From Callorhinchus milii (Eukaryota), in NCBI RefSeq assembly GCF_018977255.1, contig NW_024704743.1, positions 67,892,001 through 67,956,000 on the forward strand: a stretch of DNA of 64,000 bases. The letters run 5' to 3'. The translations under genes were made by a program, and so were the position numbers. Below, in pieces: positions 13,191-26,310 of this stretch. The notes under the pieces were generated by a model. The model searched no databases. It was given only the letters and a program-made list of their open reading frames with translations, and was not told where the DNA came from. Within the stretch, counting starts at the first letter, position 1, and the number at the start of each line of letters is the position of its first letter.

Positions 13191-13199
13191 ACAAATAAT

Positions 13200-13440
13200 G
13201 TTGGCCCTCCACTCAAATGGCCATTAGTCATGTGTGAAGCTTGACACTGGGCAACACTGACATTAGGAGAATGCCATCATAGCTAACCACAATCTTGTCT
13301 TCACAGAAATGCCTTCCAGCAAGTGTCTCTGGCTGTGAAGAAGAACTCTGTCTATGTTCCCCTCCTGTCTAAAGTAGGATCAGATGACTCAGAATAGGCT
13401 TAGATTTGAACCTGTATCTGTCTGCTCTATATGGCTTAAC
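13200..13440 (-). repeat. Old SINE-like repeat family Y
   Basis: Reverse complement resembles 42215-42490 and 54958-55185 (CACACATGA..AATGGCCA core). Confidence 0.55.
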
Positions 13441-13454
13441 ATCTTTGTATTTAC

Positions 13455-13571
13455 CTTTTCCCTCCATTTTTTAAATGTTTCTCTGCTTCCTTCAGATGAA
13501 AAGGGATAGCGCTGCAATCCTCACCCTGCCCTATAACTGCTACCACTTTCAGTTCACAAAAGCTCAGCAGC
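13455..13571 (-). CDS. Candidate internal exon of an unidentified gene (LLSFCELKVVAVIGQGEDCSAIPFHLKEAEKHLKNGGK)
   Basis: Acceptor ctgcgttttctgtcag, donor AAG|gtaaat, 117 nt, phase 2-2, splices in frame to 15640-15792; non-repetitive sequence. Confidence 0.4.
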
Positions 13572-15639
13572 CTGACAGAAAACGCAGGTTTAGTGTTGAG
13601 CAGTCCATCAATTTGATTGACAGTCATCGAAGCAGGAGGCAATAAAAGCATTAGCCTCAAAATTGCTGCATTGTTCCGAACAACTGCACATCATAGCATG
13701 CAGTGTGTGTAAGGCAAACACACACTGTCCTTCATAAATATGCTGGAGTCATACAGTAAATAATGCCACAGTTCTCCTATCTTTCCAGTAAATGCTATAA
13801 TACCCTGCATATTTGGATCAGTCCTCATCAGCCCCCTCTCCCCAGTGACAGACAGTTCAACACTTAGGAATCAGGTGCCTTGGAACCAACAATAGTTAGG
13901 AACAGGACTCAATTTGCTCTGCCTCATAATGCGATCAATGTGCTAATTAGAACGCAAATTAATTAGAAAGCACCACAAATGTCATCCCACAATGGCAACA
14001 TTTATAATTTGAAATATCTTCAAGGTAAGTGATCTGAGAAAACAGCTTGATGGTAGGACAGTAGGATGGATATTTTGGAGGGATGAACTGAAATGGACTG
14101 AAGGACCTTCTTCAGTCCCAACCAATCTTGTGATCTTGTAACGCAGAGAGAGGCAGACTAATTAGAACTACGTGGACCCAATTTGATCTTTCAGTAATAG
14201 CCTGGTTAAAAGAGTTGCATTGCAGACAAGTCAAGATGGATTAAAGATGGATTTTTAAAAAAAAATTTAATTGTTCCATTGATTGAATGTGCAAACATAA
14301 TGGTTCCTGTAATTGTTGCTTTTTTAATAGCTTCATCTGTTTTAATGTATTTTACCATTAACAAGATATAGTGCATCAGTGTTACTGGTGAGTAAATTTA
14401 TCCAGGTGTGTGCCAGCAAAAGTTCTGTTTACTTTAAAGTTCTGTAAATTTAAATACACTACCAAAATTTTTTTACAGAAGATCATTAATAATAATAATT
14501 CTTGCATTTAATACAAAACCTCATGATTTTGCCAACACATCTCCAAGGAATTTTACTGTACATATGAGTACAAAGTCCCAATATGGGCCTTGAACCAAAC
14601 ATCTTATGATTCAGAGGCACAAATGCTTCTTATTGAGCCAGACATCTAAGATGGGTTTCCTGCTGGAGACACAGTGTACGCTAGAGCCAGTAATGTTACC
14701 ACTTTCCTCAGGAACACTTTCAATCCCATTGTGTTTGTTGACAATTTTAAAACATTTAGACTAATCATGAAAGGATTTCCCATTAGTTTCTCCTGGTGAC
14801 CAACAAACCCAAATAAATGAATTGGTCATTCACTTCACAATTTTGGTGCTCCTCCTGACGTGAAAGGCGCTTTATAAATGGAATCTTGTTGTTGTTGTTG
14901 TTGTTGCTCCACATTTGCGGCAAGGTATGTTATCCTAATTCAAAGCAATGTGAAACAGAAGGCATAAATTGGCTTTGCTCCAAGTATTATAAATGCAGCA
15001 TTAATACTGTAATGTCTTCAATTGTAACCGATGACAGGATTTGAAAGCCATCAACTTAGTGGTAGAGGACATTGTATTAATTTAAGAACCAGCTTGATTC
15101 AGATCAGAAGGGGCCAAAGAGCCTTCTACATCCGAACTACAATGACTTACATAGCTTACTCATCTTTCATGTGCAACATCAAGAATAAGATTACATTTGT
15201 ATAGCACCTTTCACGTCGGGAGGACAGCGCTGGAACTGTCTTGAACTCACAACTTTTTGCTTAACTTGTCATTAAACCAACATATTTAGGAATATATACA
15301 TATTCCTCACCATTTCTCAACATATTTATTAGATGTCACTTTTATAGATTCAGCTTTTAATCTTGATGCTGAGTCAAACATTCAAAGCACTCAAAGTATT
15401 CAAAGACTGAAAACTGATGTCAAGCAATTCTTGAGGAAAAGAAACCCAGACCTCAGCATTAAGCATTTGATACAAATTGGAAGACATGTCACTGCAATGG
15501 CAAATAATTATGCAAAGTGTGAATCAAGAGTATACTTGTATTCAGCTGTACTAGCCAGAGATTATTCAAGACTGTATCTCAATTGTCCAAATGATAAAAA
15601 TGACAACATGCTTGTCACTGTGTGACCCAAGCCACTCAC

Positions 15640-15792
15640 TTGAAGTGCTCTGGAGTACAGTACTCAAAAAAAAGTCTTCCTTGAAGCTCACAGGTCAACA
15701 CTGCCTCAATGCTGGCTGACATGCTGCCTAGAAAACCGAGGAGTTTCAATAAAAATCCGTGGAGAACTGTCAATATTGGCACTATTCCATTT
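15640..15792 (-). CDS. Candidate internal exon of an unidentified gene (NGIVPILTVLHGFLLKLLGFLGSMSASIEAVLTCELQGRLFFEYCTPEHF)
   Basis: Strong acceptor tttttttccctgcag, donor AA|gtgagt, 153 nt, single open frame, phase 2-2. Confidence 0.45.
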
Positions 15793-16072
15793 CTGCAGGG
15801 AAAAAAACAGCTGGCACAGCAAAATATGTGTGAAAACGTAGTTGGTATTAATTGAAGAACTTTTGAAAGCAAACTGTTAGAAGACATTTCACAAAGGACT
15901 TTCACTGCTTTGAAATTACAGTAAAGTTGACCAAAAGAGAAACTTCTCATGAGAGAAATTAGAACTTTGCATAGAATCAACAGCATCGAAGCAGGCCAGC
16001 AAGCCCAGCTAGTCCCTGTTAGTGTTTATATCCCACATTGATCTCTCCCCATATCCCTCTATTCCCTTTGTG

Positions 16073-16440
16073 TGTCAGCTGAGCTCAGATGCTAGCACTC
16101 TTGTCTCTGAATCAGAAGATTGTGATAAAGACCCACATTGGGACTTTGAACTCATATTGTTTAGGCTGACACTCCAGTGTTTCTAATGTGCTGTATTGTC
16201 GGAGGTGCTGTCCTTTGCACGAGATGTGAAACCAGATTCCATGGCACTATTTGAAAAGAGAAGGGAATTTCTCCCAGTGTTCTGGCCAGCAACACCCCAA
16301 ATAAAATTGATTGTACACTTTATCACTGTTTGTGGGATGCTCCTGTGTGCAAGTGCGCACTACATATGATGGTGTATCCTGTGAAATGCTTTGAGGCATC
16401 CTCCTGATATGAAAGGCGCTGTGTGAAATTTAAGAATTAT
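16073..16440 (+). mobile_element. Old DeuSINE-like SINE inserted in a CR1 tail remnant
   Basis: GTCAGCTGAGCTCAGATGCTAGCACTCTTGTCTCTGAATCAGAAG head through TGAAAGGCGCT tail. Confidence 0.85.
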
Positions 16441-16829
16441 TTAAATTTATCTCTCATGCATCTATCGTGCTTACTCTTAAATACTGTACATTCATGGTTT
16501 CTGCTTCAACCATGGCTTCTGGCAGTCAGTTCCACATTCTCAACCTCTCTTTGTTTTGGATCTGTCAGTGGCTATCTCTCTTTCATGAACTGGGCCTAAA
16601 ACTTACATTGAACGAGTCAGCAAAAATGAGTGAAAATTAGGTAGCTACCTGATGAAGAAATTGCTGAGAGGTATGAGAGGTAGTGTGGGATTATTTTAAA
16701 AATATATTTATTAATTTAGGACTGATACACTGCAATGGTCTTTTCTAGTTCTGTATATTCTTACTACTTACTACATTCATTTGCATCAGACAATCAAAGT
16801 AATCCAATTAGAAATGTTGCTTTAATCAC

Positions 16830-17405
16830 AACAACAACCCTTCATGCCTGGTAGCATCCCGGAGCCAGGGAGAGAAGGAGGGGGGAGGTGACCGTAAGCA
16901 CAATCAAAAAGGAAGTTCTTTAGGCGGGATTTGAAAGTGGGGAGGGAGGGGGCAAGACAGAGAGATTGTGGGAGAGATTACCTGAGCATTGGGGCATAGT
17001 GATGTTAATAAATTAATCGTGTTTTGTGTATGGTGGAACTGGGGAGACCAGCGAGGAGGGCATTTGAAAAGTCCAGCCAGGTAGTGAAAATAATAGAAAA
17101 AAGTGGTCCTAGTCAGGGAACGGATGTGGGGTAAAAAAAAAATTGTGGATCGAACATGACATCTAGATTGCGCACGTGTTCAGTGAGTCTGAGGGAGAGC
17201 CCAGAAGATTGAGGAGTTAAGACCCGCAGGAAAGAAGATGTTGACAGGAGCCAAAGAGTATGGCTTCCATATTGCCGATGTTCAACTGCAGGAAATTTGC
17301 ATTCGTCCAGGCATCAGGCAAGCTGACAGGACATCAGCAGACTGGGAGACGCAGCTGGAGGAAAAGGAGAAGTTGATTTGGGTGTCATTCACATACATGT
17401 GGAAG
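16830..17405 (-). mobile_element. Degraded L2 LINE
   Basis: (CAA)n at 16830; minus-strand reading HMYVNDTQ...ANFLQLNIGNMEA resembles L2 RT. Confidence 0.8.
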
Positions 17406-17599
17406 TCACAATGTCCAACGGGATCTAATTTGCAAATTGTGTAAACCATGTGTAAACCATGTGCACAGAAGGAATTACAGGTAACCTTAAATATGACTAA
17501 TTACAAATGGGAAGGGTTCCAGATTATTCTGCATTCTTTTTTCTTGGTTATTAATTAAGTGCATCTACAAGTCCCTTTTCCATTTACGCAAGGTTAAAA

Positions 17600-17925
17600 A
17601 TAATAATAATATTCCTTGCATTTGGTATAGTGCCTTGGTTTTGTCCATAAAATATACAGTCAATCCACTTTACAGTATATCCTATGAAGTGCTTTGAGAC
17701 ATCTCGATGACATGAAAGGCACTATATCGATTGTAAGGATTATTATTTCATGTCAGGAGGACTTTTCAAAATGCTTCACAGATTTTTCCATGCAGTGGAG
17801 TGACTGTGCATTTGTTGGCAAATGCAGTAGCTCAATTGATTACAGCAGTGTCCCAAAAACAGCCTTGAAATGAATGACTAATTTTATTTTGGGGTTTGTT
17901 GGCCAGGACACCTGGAGAAACTCGC
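17600..17925 (-). mobile_element. SINE 3' half containing an oppositely oriented SINE tail at about 17638-17748
   Basis: Minus-strand tail is broken after ATAGTGCCTT and resumes at TTCATGTCAGGAGG. Confidence 0.8.
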
Positions 17926-18377
17926 AAATTAAACCCCAATGTTATTTTGTCAAGACACCCACCGGTAAATAGAAACAGAATGAAATGAAACAAGAAGCTA
18001 AACACAGAAAACCAAAGAGTCCCTAACTTTCACAAAGTATTCTAACGGCTGTCTGTGTTCCTGGTTGAAATGCTTTGATTACCTGGCTGATATGTCAGCT
18101 CTAGAGGCAGGTATAGTGGTAGGTTGACAGTTTTTCTTCACAAGAACGTAAGGTTCTGAACACACTGTCATCGATCCTGTGTATTTCTAACCAGACAAGC
18201 TCACAGTAAAGATGGCTGAACCAAAGCTATGTCAGGAGTGTGTAAAATAAAGCCACTGAAGATTTACTTTTGGAATAAAAAGTAACTGTATGGGAGTGTT
18301 GCAACTGATTGATCCTGGTGCAGGATATATCTCAATATAATTTCATTCATCACTGCCTTGTGACTTTTGCTTCCTTA

Positions 18378-18930
18378 ACAGTCAGATGCCTAACACATGT
18401 TGAAAGCTCACACCATGCTTAACAGTTTCCAAACCAAACCACTGAGAGTTCCACATATGTATAGACAAATGTTGCATTTGTTTGGTATGGAATACGCATT
18501 CTCTCCCCAGAGGATTGCTCATGTAATTTTGAAGAGTTTAGGCACAGGTTTACAAGGGCCAAGTCATGGAGATCCCAACATGTCATGTTAGGGTACTGCT
18601 GAAGTTTAACTAGCTGAAACACAGCTTCCCACTGCTTGTTCAACTAGGACCAACTAGGAACATCCTACCTGTTTGGGCTTTGGTTTGCGGGGTTAACAAG
18701 AGCCAAATGCAAAGAATTGCAGCCACTAGTGATGGTGCAGCTTCTTCAATCTTACTGCTGAGCTAGGCTGGCTGACCTGTCATTCCTGGAGGATGCAGAA
18801 ACCCCTGGCTCAAGAACTAGGTTGCTGTGACTGCCACAGAGGATTGACTCACTCCAGTAGTCCTTAGCCAGGCATGTCACCTTGGGATCAGCTCAGCCCC
18901 AAAGGTACACTTCCCCAGTTAGCATGTGTT
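18378..18930 (-). repeat. Repeat family X
   Basis: ACCATGCTTAACAGTTTCCAAACCAAACCACTGAGAGTTCCAC...TTGCGGGGTTAACAAG, colinear with 42605-43545 and 47475-47985. Confidence 0.8.
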
Positions 18931-19057
18931 TCTTTGTTGGCAAGCCTCCTTTTTGTCCCGGCTGGTTGACAGACCTACTCTAACCTAAAATCGCTGACCA
19001 TTATCAAAAATGCAAAATATAAAATCTCATCAACTATGTTCCTGGCCAATCCCTCAC

Positions 19058-19168
19058 CCATATTCAGCAAATACCAGATTGAATTGGCTGTTCAACTGAA
19101 TACTATGTGCGAGGCACTGTTGGTGCAGATCAGATGTCATGATTTCCAACATAACAGGAAACATTACA
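19058..19168 (-). CDS. Candidate exon (VMFPVMLEIMTSDLHQQCLAHSIQLNSQFNLVFAEY)
   Basis: Donor TGG|gtgagg, weak AAG acceptor, 111 nt, phase 2-2, in frame with 15640-15792. Confidence 0.25.
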
Positions 19169-22100
19169 CTTCAATGTGTAAGATGAATTTCAGATATTTC
19201 AATATGATGAGTATTTTCTGAAAAGAAGTATTGTTATGTAATACTCCTTTGGATAAGTACAAATTTTCAGGACATTTCAGTCCATTATTCAGTAAAACCT
19301 TTGGACATCCTTTCTTGTGAAAGCTAACTCTGTGTTTGCGCACGTACTGTGCTCAGATACATGCACCATGATTGTCATGACTTAGTTCTTCAAATTGCAT
19401 TTCCTCTTAAGTAACGTTATCAAAATGTTAGACTGCCAAATAGAAGCTAGTCATGTTTATTACATCCACTCAAGAATGAAACTAAATATGTAAATATTAT
19501 GGTAATCCTGATTAAAGCAATGTGATTCAGGTTCTGTGTTTAGTTATATCATGCAAATATTGTTCTTGCTATTTATTTCTTATTTGTTTTTATAAAATCG
19601 TACTTTGGATGTTGTAAGGTTTGCATTTCATTATTATTTTGTGGCACAATCATCTCCTCTTTCTCCCTTATCTCTCGTTTGAAATCTAATCTCATTTTTG
19701 TGAAGATCCCTGAGACTTTATCCTACATGAAATCAATCATTCACTTCTTTGCAATGCAAAAATTGGCTACTGTGTTTGCCAACAAAATATATAATGCATA
19801 ATATATAATACATAATACAATGTTTATTAAGCACTTTTCACAACAAGCTCTTCACACTGCTGGTTAAATACTCAAACTAGGGGTGAAGGCAAAGGGGGTG
19901 AGTAGTGGAAAGATGACCGAAAGTGTGTTCAAAGATGAATGTTTTGAAGTCACATATTCAGTTATTATATATTATACTAAATCACCTGAAGCACTAGCCA
20001 AATGTAACGATTATTACACCAGAAACTTTGGTGCATAGTGAACTATGGCATAGTAATGTGCCAAAGTTAAATACATAAAAACATTCTGGGGCAATAAAAT
20101 AGTTTAACACATTTATGGGTTCTCAATTGATGGCCTACGCTTTTAGTTTTTCTGTAGGAGGCAAAGCATTGCTGGCATATCCTGGCCTTTGACTCAGGAT
20201 GAATCATTGAGCCTCCACACAGCTACTTTGTCAAATATGTCTGACTTCAAATATCCTGCAAGGAAAATTGCCTCAAAAGGCAATGGAATTAGAATTTCCT
20301 TTCAATGCCCAACTTATTTTTTTATGACAAACTTCCCCTTAAATTTGGCAACAAGTCTCTACATTCACAGTAATTTCATGAAATCAAAGTTAAATTTAAT
20401 TCAGCAAAAACTAAATTTTCTTCTGCATTGATAATGATGTGACCTGGGTTATCACTTTCCTGTGTATCTATTTAATCGCTGAATTTCTAATATATTTGCA
20501 CTTGAAGAAATGACCACCGTACTAAATTAGTGTAAAATTAATTATCCAGCCTCAGGGTTTACGATTCATATTCATTTATTTTGCTAAGCTACCTGTCTGT
20601 GATCAAACCTTCAATATTAAATTCCAGCTACAGTACATCTCCACTTTTTGTACAGTGCATGTCTGGTAATTGTAAAAGCATTCTAAAAAATTGACCAAGA
20701 AATCTGTAAATCCTGAATCAAGCTCGAACACAAGGACTTCTGTCAAATGCACTTTATGATAAATTGTTTTATCTTTCATTCACAGTTAAGAAAAAATTGT
20801 GGACAAAAAATAAGGACTATAACTATGTTCTGTCAGATATAAATGTATTATGTAGAATCTTATCAGTCCAAACAGGCCATGTTTCCTCATGAAGTCAATG
20901 ACTCGGCAACTGTCTGTTTTCCTTGGATGTAAATCAAAAGAAGCTGCTCTCAGAGTTTTTTAGCACTTTCCCTTTATGCCAAATAAAGGTGCTGTTCAGG
21001 CATAAAAGTTTCCAACACGTCTTAAGAATTACCAAGGACGAAATATGCAACATGCAGCCAAGTTTCTGTCTCTTCATTTTCTTGTGCTGTTCCATTATGA
21101 CTAAACATTCACACTGGAATGTAAGTAAAATGGCTCATGTCAATTCTGAACAAGTTTGAGATTTACCAATGAAGCCAAACCAAAGCACTCCAATCAGCTC
21201 AAGGATGAATAATGCGTTAGTCAGTGGTTAAAACTCAAACAACAAATGTAGGTATAACACAGGGTTGAAAGTTCAAATCTGTAAACATCTTGAAAAATAC
21301 TGTACATAGCATTGTATAGTATGTGGAACTCATTATTTTCCTTTTTTTTTCCTTTCACTGCTTACAAAAGCTACAATACCTGTATTGCATGGATTGTCAA
21401 TACTGTACATCAAAATGTCTTAGCAATCAAAAATCTACTAATAGTTCTACATGAATTGTGACCCTTAAAATCAATTTAAATGTTTTTCACCCCAACAATG
21501 ATTTTTCCAACGTAAAACCTTCCAAAATACAAAATCAGTGGACGTCACCCAAACCCATTTACCTGTTTCTTAGTATAAGTCACTGCAATGTATTTTTGTA
21601 CTCCAGTTGTCAAACAACACTTAAATCATTTACGCTAGATGAAATGACAGAAACAATTGCAATGTTCTATCACATCGTGACATTCAGCCTGTTGATGTAT
21701 TAAACCATCAGCGGTCCTCCCATTACGTTTCTGCAGATGTTTGTCAGAAGTAAATGTGTTAACACCCTAGAAATGGTGGCGTGGGTTTTGTGATGTAAAG
21801 AAATTTATCAAATAAAAACAAAACAAATGTGAAATTTAGGCATACATCCCAAGAAATTATATTCAGTTCAAACAAATGTGAAAAAGTTTACATGGAGTGA
21901 TTAAGTACAAAAACAAGCCATTTGACCCAACGAGTTCATGCTGGTGTTTATATTCTACAGGAGCTTCCACTCCTCTTATTCTTGTCCCTTCTTCATCATC
22001 TCCACATCAAGTTTTCCCTTAAATACAGTGATTCCATTTGTATCAATCACAGGCTGTAGCAACAGATCCACACTAGATTGATTACAAAACTCTTGCTGCT

Positions 22101-23514
22101 TTGAAGGAACTGCCCATCTTAGATAAAGAGAGCCATAGAAACAAAACAAATCTGAAAGAAATTCAAAAAGATAAAATGAAGGATCATATTTGTGTATCTC
22201 TTATTCACTATATAACTGACACAGTTACCAATATGAATGTATCTGTCTATTTACTCAATTCTCGCCTGTGTGATGCCAGTAAGTTTGGATGTGTGCAGGG
22301 TTATAATCCCCCTCTCCACTTCTTATTGCTTGTAGACAACGCAACAGTATTGTAAACAACTTGGAGGTTTCTGAAATTGTGTGCATGTATCACAGAATAA
22401 CAATTACTTGCATTTATATAGTGCCCCTCACTTGGGAAAAGCTGCAACAAGATTGGCTGTTTAAATGACTTGTTTGCTTTTGTGTTCTGGACGAGAGGTT
22501 CATTTGGGGCAATACATAAGAGTAACACTAACACTTGCTTCTGAATACAGATCAATTTAAAACCCTGCAGCACAGAAATAGGGCTCAAGAGAACTGTCAC
22601 TGCATTTGTTTCAGCTTAATATTTTATTTCTGAAAACCTCAGTGAATACAGTCTGTTTACACATGTACAGACATTTTCTACGTTGAGTCATCCTGAACAT
22701 ATGATTTTTCTATATCCACTAGTTTTCCTACGTTAATGACAATCAAGAAGTGGCTATTACCAATTGATTGATTGAGTCACACAGTCCCTGTAGGCATAAG
22801 GTTTAATATGTGGCAGTGCATATTTTGAATACGTGTGTGGAGGAAAAGGAGGCTTACATTTCCTGTAGCATGCATTTTCATTTTTAAATAAATAACCCTT
22901 TCAGGTGACTGGATGTAGGTTGGGAACATTTAAAAGGGTATCCAAATCGATAGCGGCAAATGGTTAAGTATTCACCTGATCCTTGGTGTTTGATACAATA
23001 CACTCGTGCTCTCTCACGTAATCAAGTGTGGGGAGCAATGGTGATCAACGTGGCATGTATCCAATCCGGAGTGGCTTAGAGGAAGAAAATATCGATTTGC
23101 ATCCCTTGAAGATCAAACTAAACTCGAACCCCAGCGTACATCACACGAAACAATCTTCTAAATACTGGACGTGAATTGTAAAGTATCTGAAAAAATGTAG
23201 AGCTAATTATTTATTCTTGTACCAAGTTGCAAGAACCTTTGCAGATGCTTTTTATAATTATACCGTGAAACACGATATGAAAAAGTACTTGGATGCAATA
23301 TAAAACAGGGAATATTACCCAGTACAATAGGTCATTAAATTTTGTTTATCCTTTATTTTCATGACAGTTAATAGAAATAATATGCTGTACGAATCACTGG
23401 TTGACTTCAAACTGTTTTTATAGCAGAAAATAATTAGAATTTACAAAAACTATTAAAGTGCACTGAAATCATATAAACTGAACATACATGAAAGCACAAG
23501 GTATACAGAAAAAA

Positions 23515-23738
23515 ATCCTTGTATTTGATACAGTGCCCGCCTTATCACATCTTCGAGACGTCTCAAAGCGCTTCACAGAATACACTGCAAAGTGAATTGA
23601 CTGTATATTTTGTGGACAAATAGGTAATATATTAAGCCCAAATATACAGTCAATTCACTTTACAGTATATTCTGTGAAGCACTTGGAGACATCTCGACGA
23701 CATGATAAAGCACTATATCAAATGCAAGGATTATTATT
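23515..23738. repeat. Inverted pair of SINE 3' tails (fold-back)
   Basis: Minus tail about 23515-23620 and plus tail about 23637-23738, separated by a short AT-rich spacer. Confidence 0.9.
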
Positions 23739-24226
23739 CTTATATATTATAGGTAAAGCTTAGGAATCCTAAATGTATTTAAGGCAGAAAATACCTGAGC
23801 TAGGTGATCTTGGAACTTATTGTCTCGTGTGTGAAATTTAACTCTCAAATTTACTTGGTAGGGTTGGATAGTGTGGAGCATTGAACCTTGGATGCTTTTA
23901 GTCTGCAGAGAGATTAGCTGTGCTAACACATCACTGGAATATACCAATCATGTCTTAAAACACGTCACTGTGTTGGATGAGCACCCAAGCTGGAGGCAGG
24001 TGCAGAGGACAGTGGGGAGAGGAAAAATGACCAGTTAAAGATATGTTGCTGAAACACTGCAGTTACTTCAATCCCCACTCACTGTTTTCCCTCTCACTTC
24101 CCCAGCCACAGAAAGCGATATTTCACATTACTCAGTGTTCCTCTGGAAACAGTGCAGCAGTTCTCCTCTCAAACAGTGCAGCAGTTCTCCAGAACTGCAT
24201 TGGAGTGTCAGCTCGACGATCATTTC

Positions 24227-24805
24227 AACAACAACAACAAGATTACATTTGTATAGCGCCTTTCAAGTTGGGAGGACGTCCCAAGGCGCTGGACTAAGTA
24301 CAGCATTTCAGATCCAAGCTGGGGTTCGGGGGGTAAGGGAGGGGAGGGGGGCGGTGTGGCCGATGGGATGGTCGAAGAGGAGGGTCTTGAGGCAGGACTT
24401 GAAGGAAGCTAAGGAGGGGGCGAGGAGGAGTGACTAGGGGATGGAATTCCAGAGGTTGGGGGCAGAGTGGCTGAAGGCTCTCCCGCCAATGGTGGGGCGA
24501 GTGGGTCAGGGGACGTAGAGCAGGCCAGAGCCGGCTGAGCGGAGGGAACGGGTGGGTTGGTAGGGGGTTAGGAGGTCGCAGAGGTAGGATGGGGCGAGGT
24601 CATGGAGGGCTTTGTATGTGAGGACCAGGATCTTGAACTGGATCCTCTGATGGATAGGGAGCCTATGGAGTCGGGCGAGAGTGGGGGAGATGGGGTCACA
24701 GAGTTTGGTGCGGGAGAGGACACGGGCTGCAGAGTTCTGGATTATCTGCAGCCTGTGGAGGGAGGAGTTGGGAAGGCTGACAAGCAGGGCATTTGCATAG
24801 TCAAG
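24227..24805 (-). mobile_element. L2 LINE 3' fragment, relatively young
   Basis: (CAA)n tail; very similar to the reverse complement of 34670-35210. Confidence 0.93.
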
Positions 24806-25059
24806 CCTAATTTAACATTAAATTAGTTTATATTGAAAGAGTAAAATTGTAAACTGCATTGTGCCAGTTTGGTTAAGTTGATATTTTTCTCTCCTGGAGT
24901 GGTGGTTGAAAGCTCCATGTCTGGACTCGGAAACTCATAGTCAAGGCTGACACTCAAGTGCAGTACTGAGGAAACGCTGCATTATTGGAGGTAACTGACT
25001 CTTTGATAAGACATTGAACAGAGGATCCAAGTGATTACTTTGTTTTCCAGTCATCAGGT

Positions 25060-25280
25060 GTCACAATCCCTTCACCTTGATCTCTCTCTTGCCTCCTTCA
25101 AGGCACGACTCAAGACTCTCCTTTTCGACCATGCCTTCAGACGCCCTCTCTGCCCTCCCTCATCCCAACCCTGCACCCCTCCCCACGCTCGGGTCCTGAT
25201 CCCCGACTGTTCAGAGCCTTGGGATGTCCTCCCGACATGAAAGATGCTTTACAAATGTCATTTTATTGTTGGTGGTGTTT
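25060..25280 (+). mobile_element. L2 LINE 3' fragment
   Basis: SLASFKARLKTLLFDHAF motif and L2 tail. Confidence 0.88.
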
Positions 25281-25309
25281 TGACACACAGGGAAACTTAT
25301 CATGTGTAA

Positions 25310-26310
25310 GTGTACTCAAACTTGTACACTCTCTCCCTGGAGGAACATAGCCTGCTTCCTGCTTCCAAACCACATTAGGCACAGGTTGGCAAGAGCTCCG
25401 GCTTGGAAATTCCAGAGAGTGCACTGGGGCTAAACTGCATAGTTTGCCATTGTCTGGCAAGCTTCCAGGAGTTTCTCCATCTAGGGCCATCTTAGGCTTT
25501 GCTTGCAGGGTAAACAACAAAGCAACAAATTGCATTTATATAGAGCCTTCATGCCCAGAGAATGTCCCCAGACACTGGGCAGGCTAGGGCTTGAACCCGA
25601 GCTGGGGGGTTGATTTAGGAAGTATGGGGGACAAGGGGAGTGGGTGAGAGGGAAAGATGACCGAAGGCGCGGTCAAAGAGTAAGGTCTTCAGACAGAACT
25701 TAAAAGAGGCGAAGGAAGGGGTGAGGTGAAGGGACCACTGGGATGGAGTTCCAGAGAGTGGATGAAGAAAGGCTGAAAGCCCAACCACTGATGGTAGGGT
25801 AGGCAGGGCAGGGGACATGAAGCAGGTCAGTGCCTGCCAAGCAGAGGGATCAGGTGGATCGATCGGGTTTAATAAGGTCGTAGAAGTAGGATAGGGCAAA
25901 ACCGTGATGGATTTAAAAGTGAGGATGAGGATCTTGAACTCAGTTCTCTGGAGGATGGGGAGCCACTGATGGATGTGGGTGATAGGGTCGCAGAGAGGAC
26001 ACAAGTTGCAGAGTTCTGAATGGTTTGCAGCTTGTGGAGGGATGAATGGAGAAGTCTGGTGAGCAAAGAATTGGAGTAATCTAGCCTGGACTTGATACCA
26101 TGGAAGTGATGTAACAAATGTTGAGTGGAAAAAATCCCTGCCCCAACGACTGTGTGCATCCTGCTGATGTGCGAGGCTGGCTGGCCTTTTACCAGCAATG
26201 CCCTGGAGTACTGATCTGTCCGGCTTAGAAACTAGACTACTGAGACTCAATTTCTATTAGCAAGCATGCCGCCTTGGTGCTAGCTCAGCACGAAGGACAC
26301 CCCATTTACC
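25310..26310 (-). repeat. Repeat family X split by an L2 insertion
   Basis: ...GCTTGCAGGGTAAACAA [L2] GTTGAGTGGAAAAAATCCCTGCCCC...; compare the uninterrupted GCTTGCAGGGTTAACAGAAGTTGAGTGGGAAAAG at 43305-43340. Confidence 0.75.
25515..26112 (-). mobile_element. L2 LINE 3' fragment
   Basis: SRLDYSNSLL...LHKLQTIQNSA and WLPILQRTEFKILILTFKS motifs. Confidence 0.92.

Noticed and set aside
13455..15792. Faint likeness of the candidate peptide to HPS1, INPP4 or NDK-like motifs
   Set aside because: Only a few residues match from memory and the flanks do not extend; no gene symbol assigned.
24148..24190. Short direct duplications (also 17440-17463, 57468-57494) and poly-G at 51915-51931
   Set aside because: Ordinary slippage products; no spacer-repeat periodicity, so not CRISPR-like.
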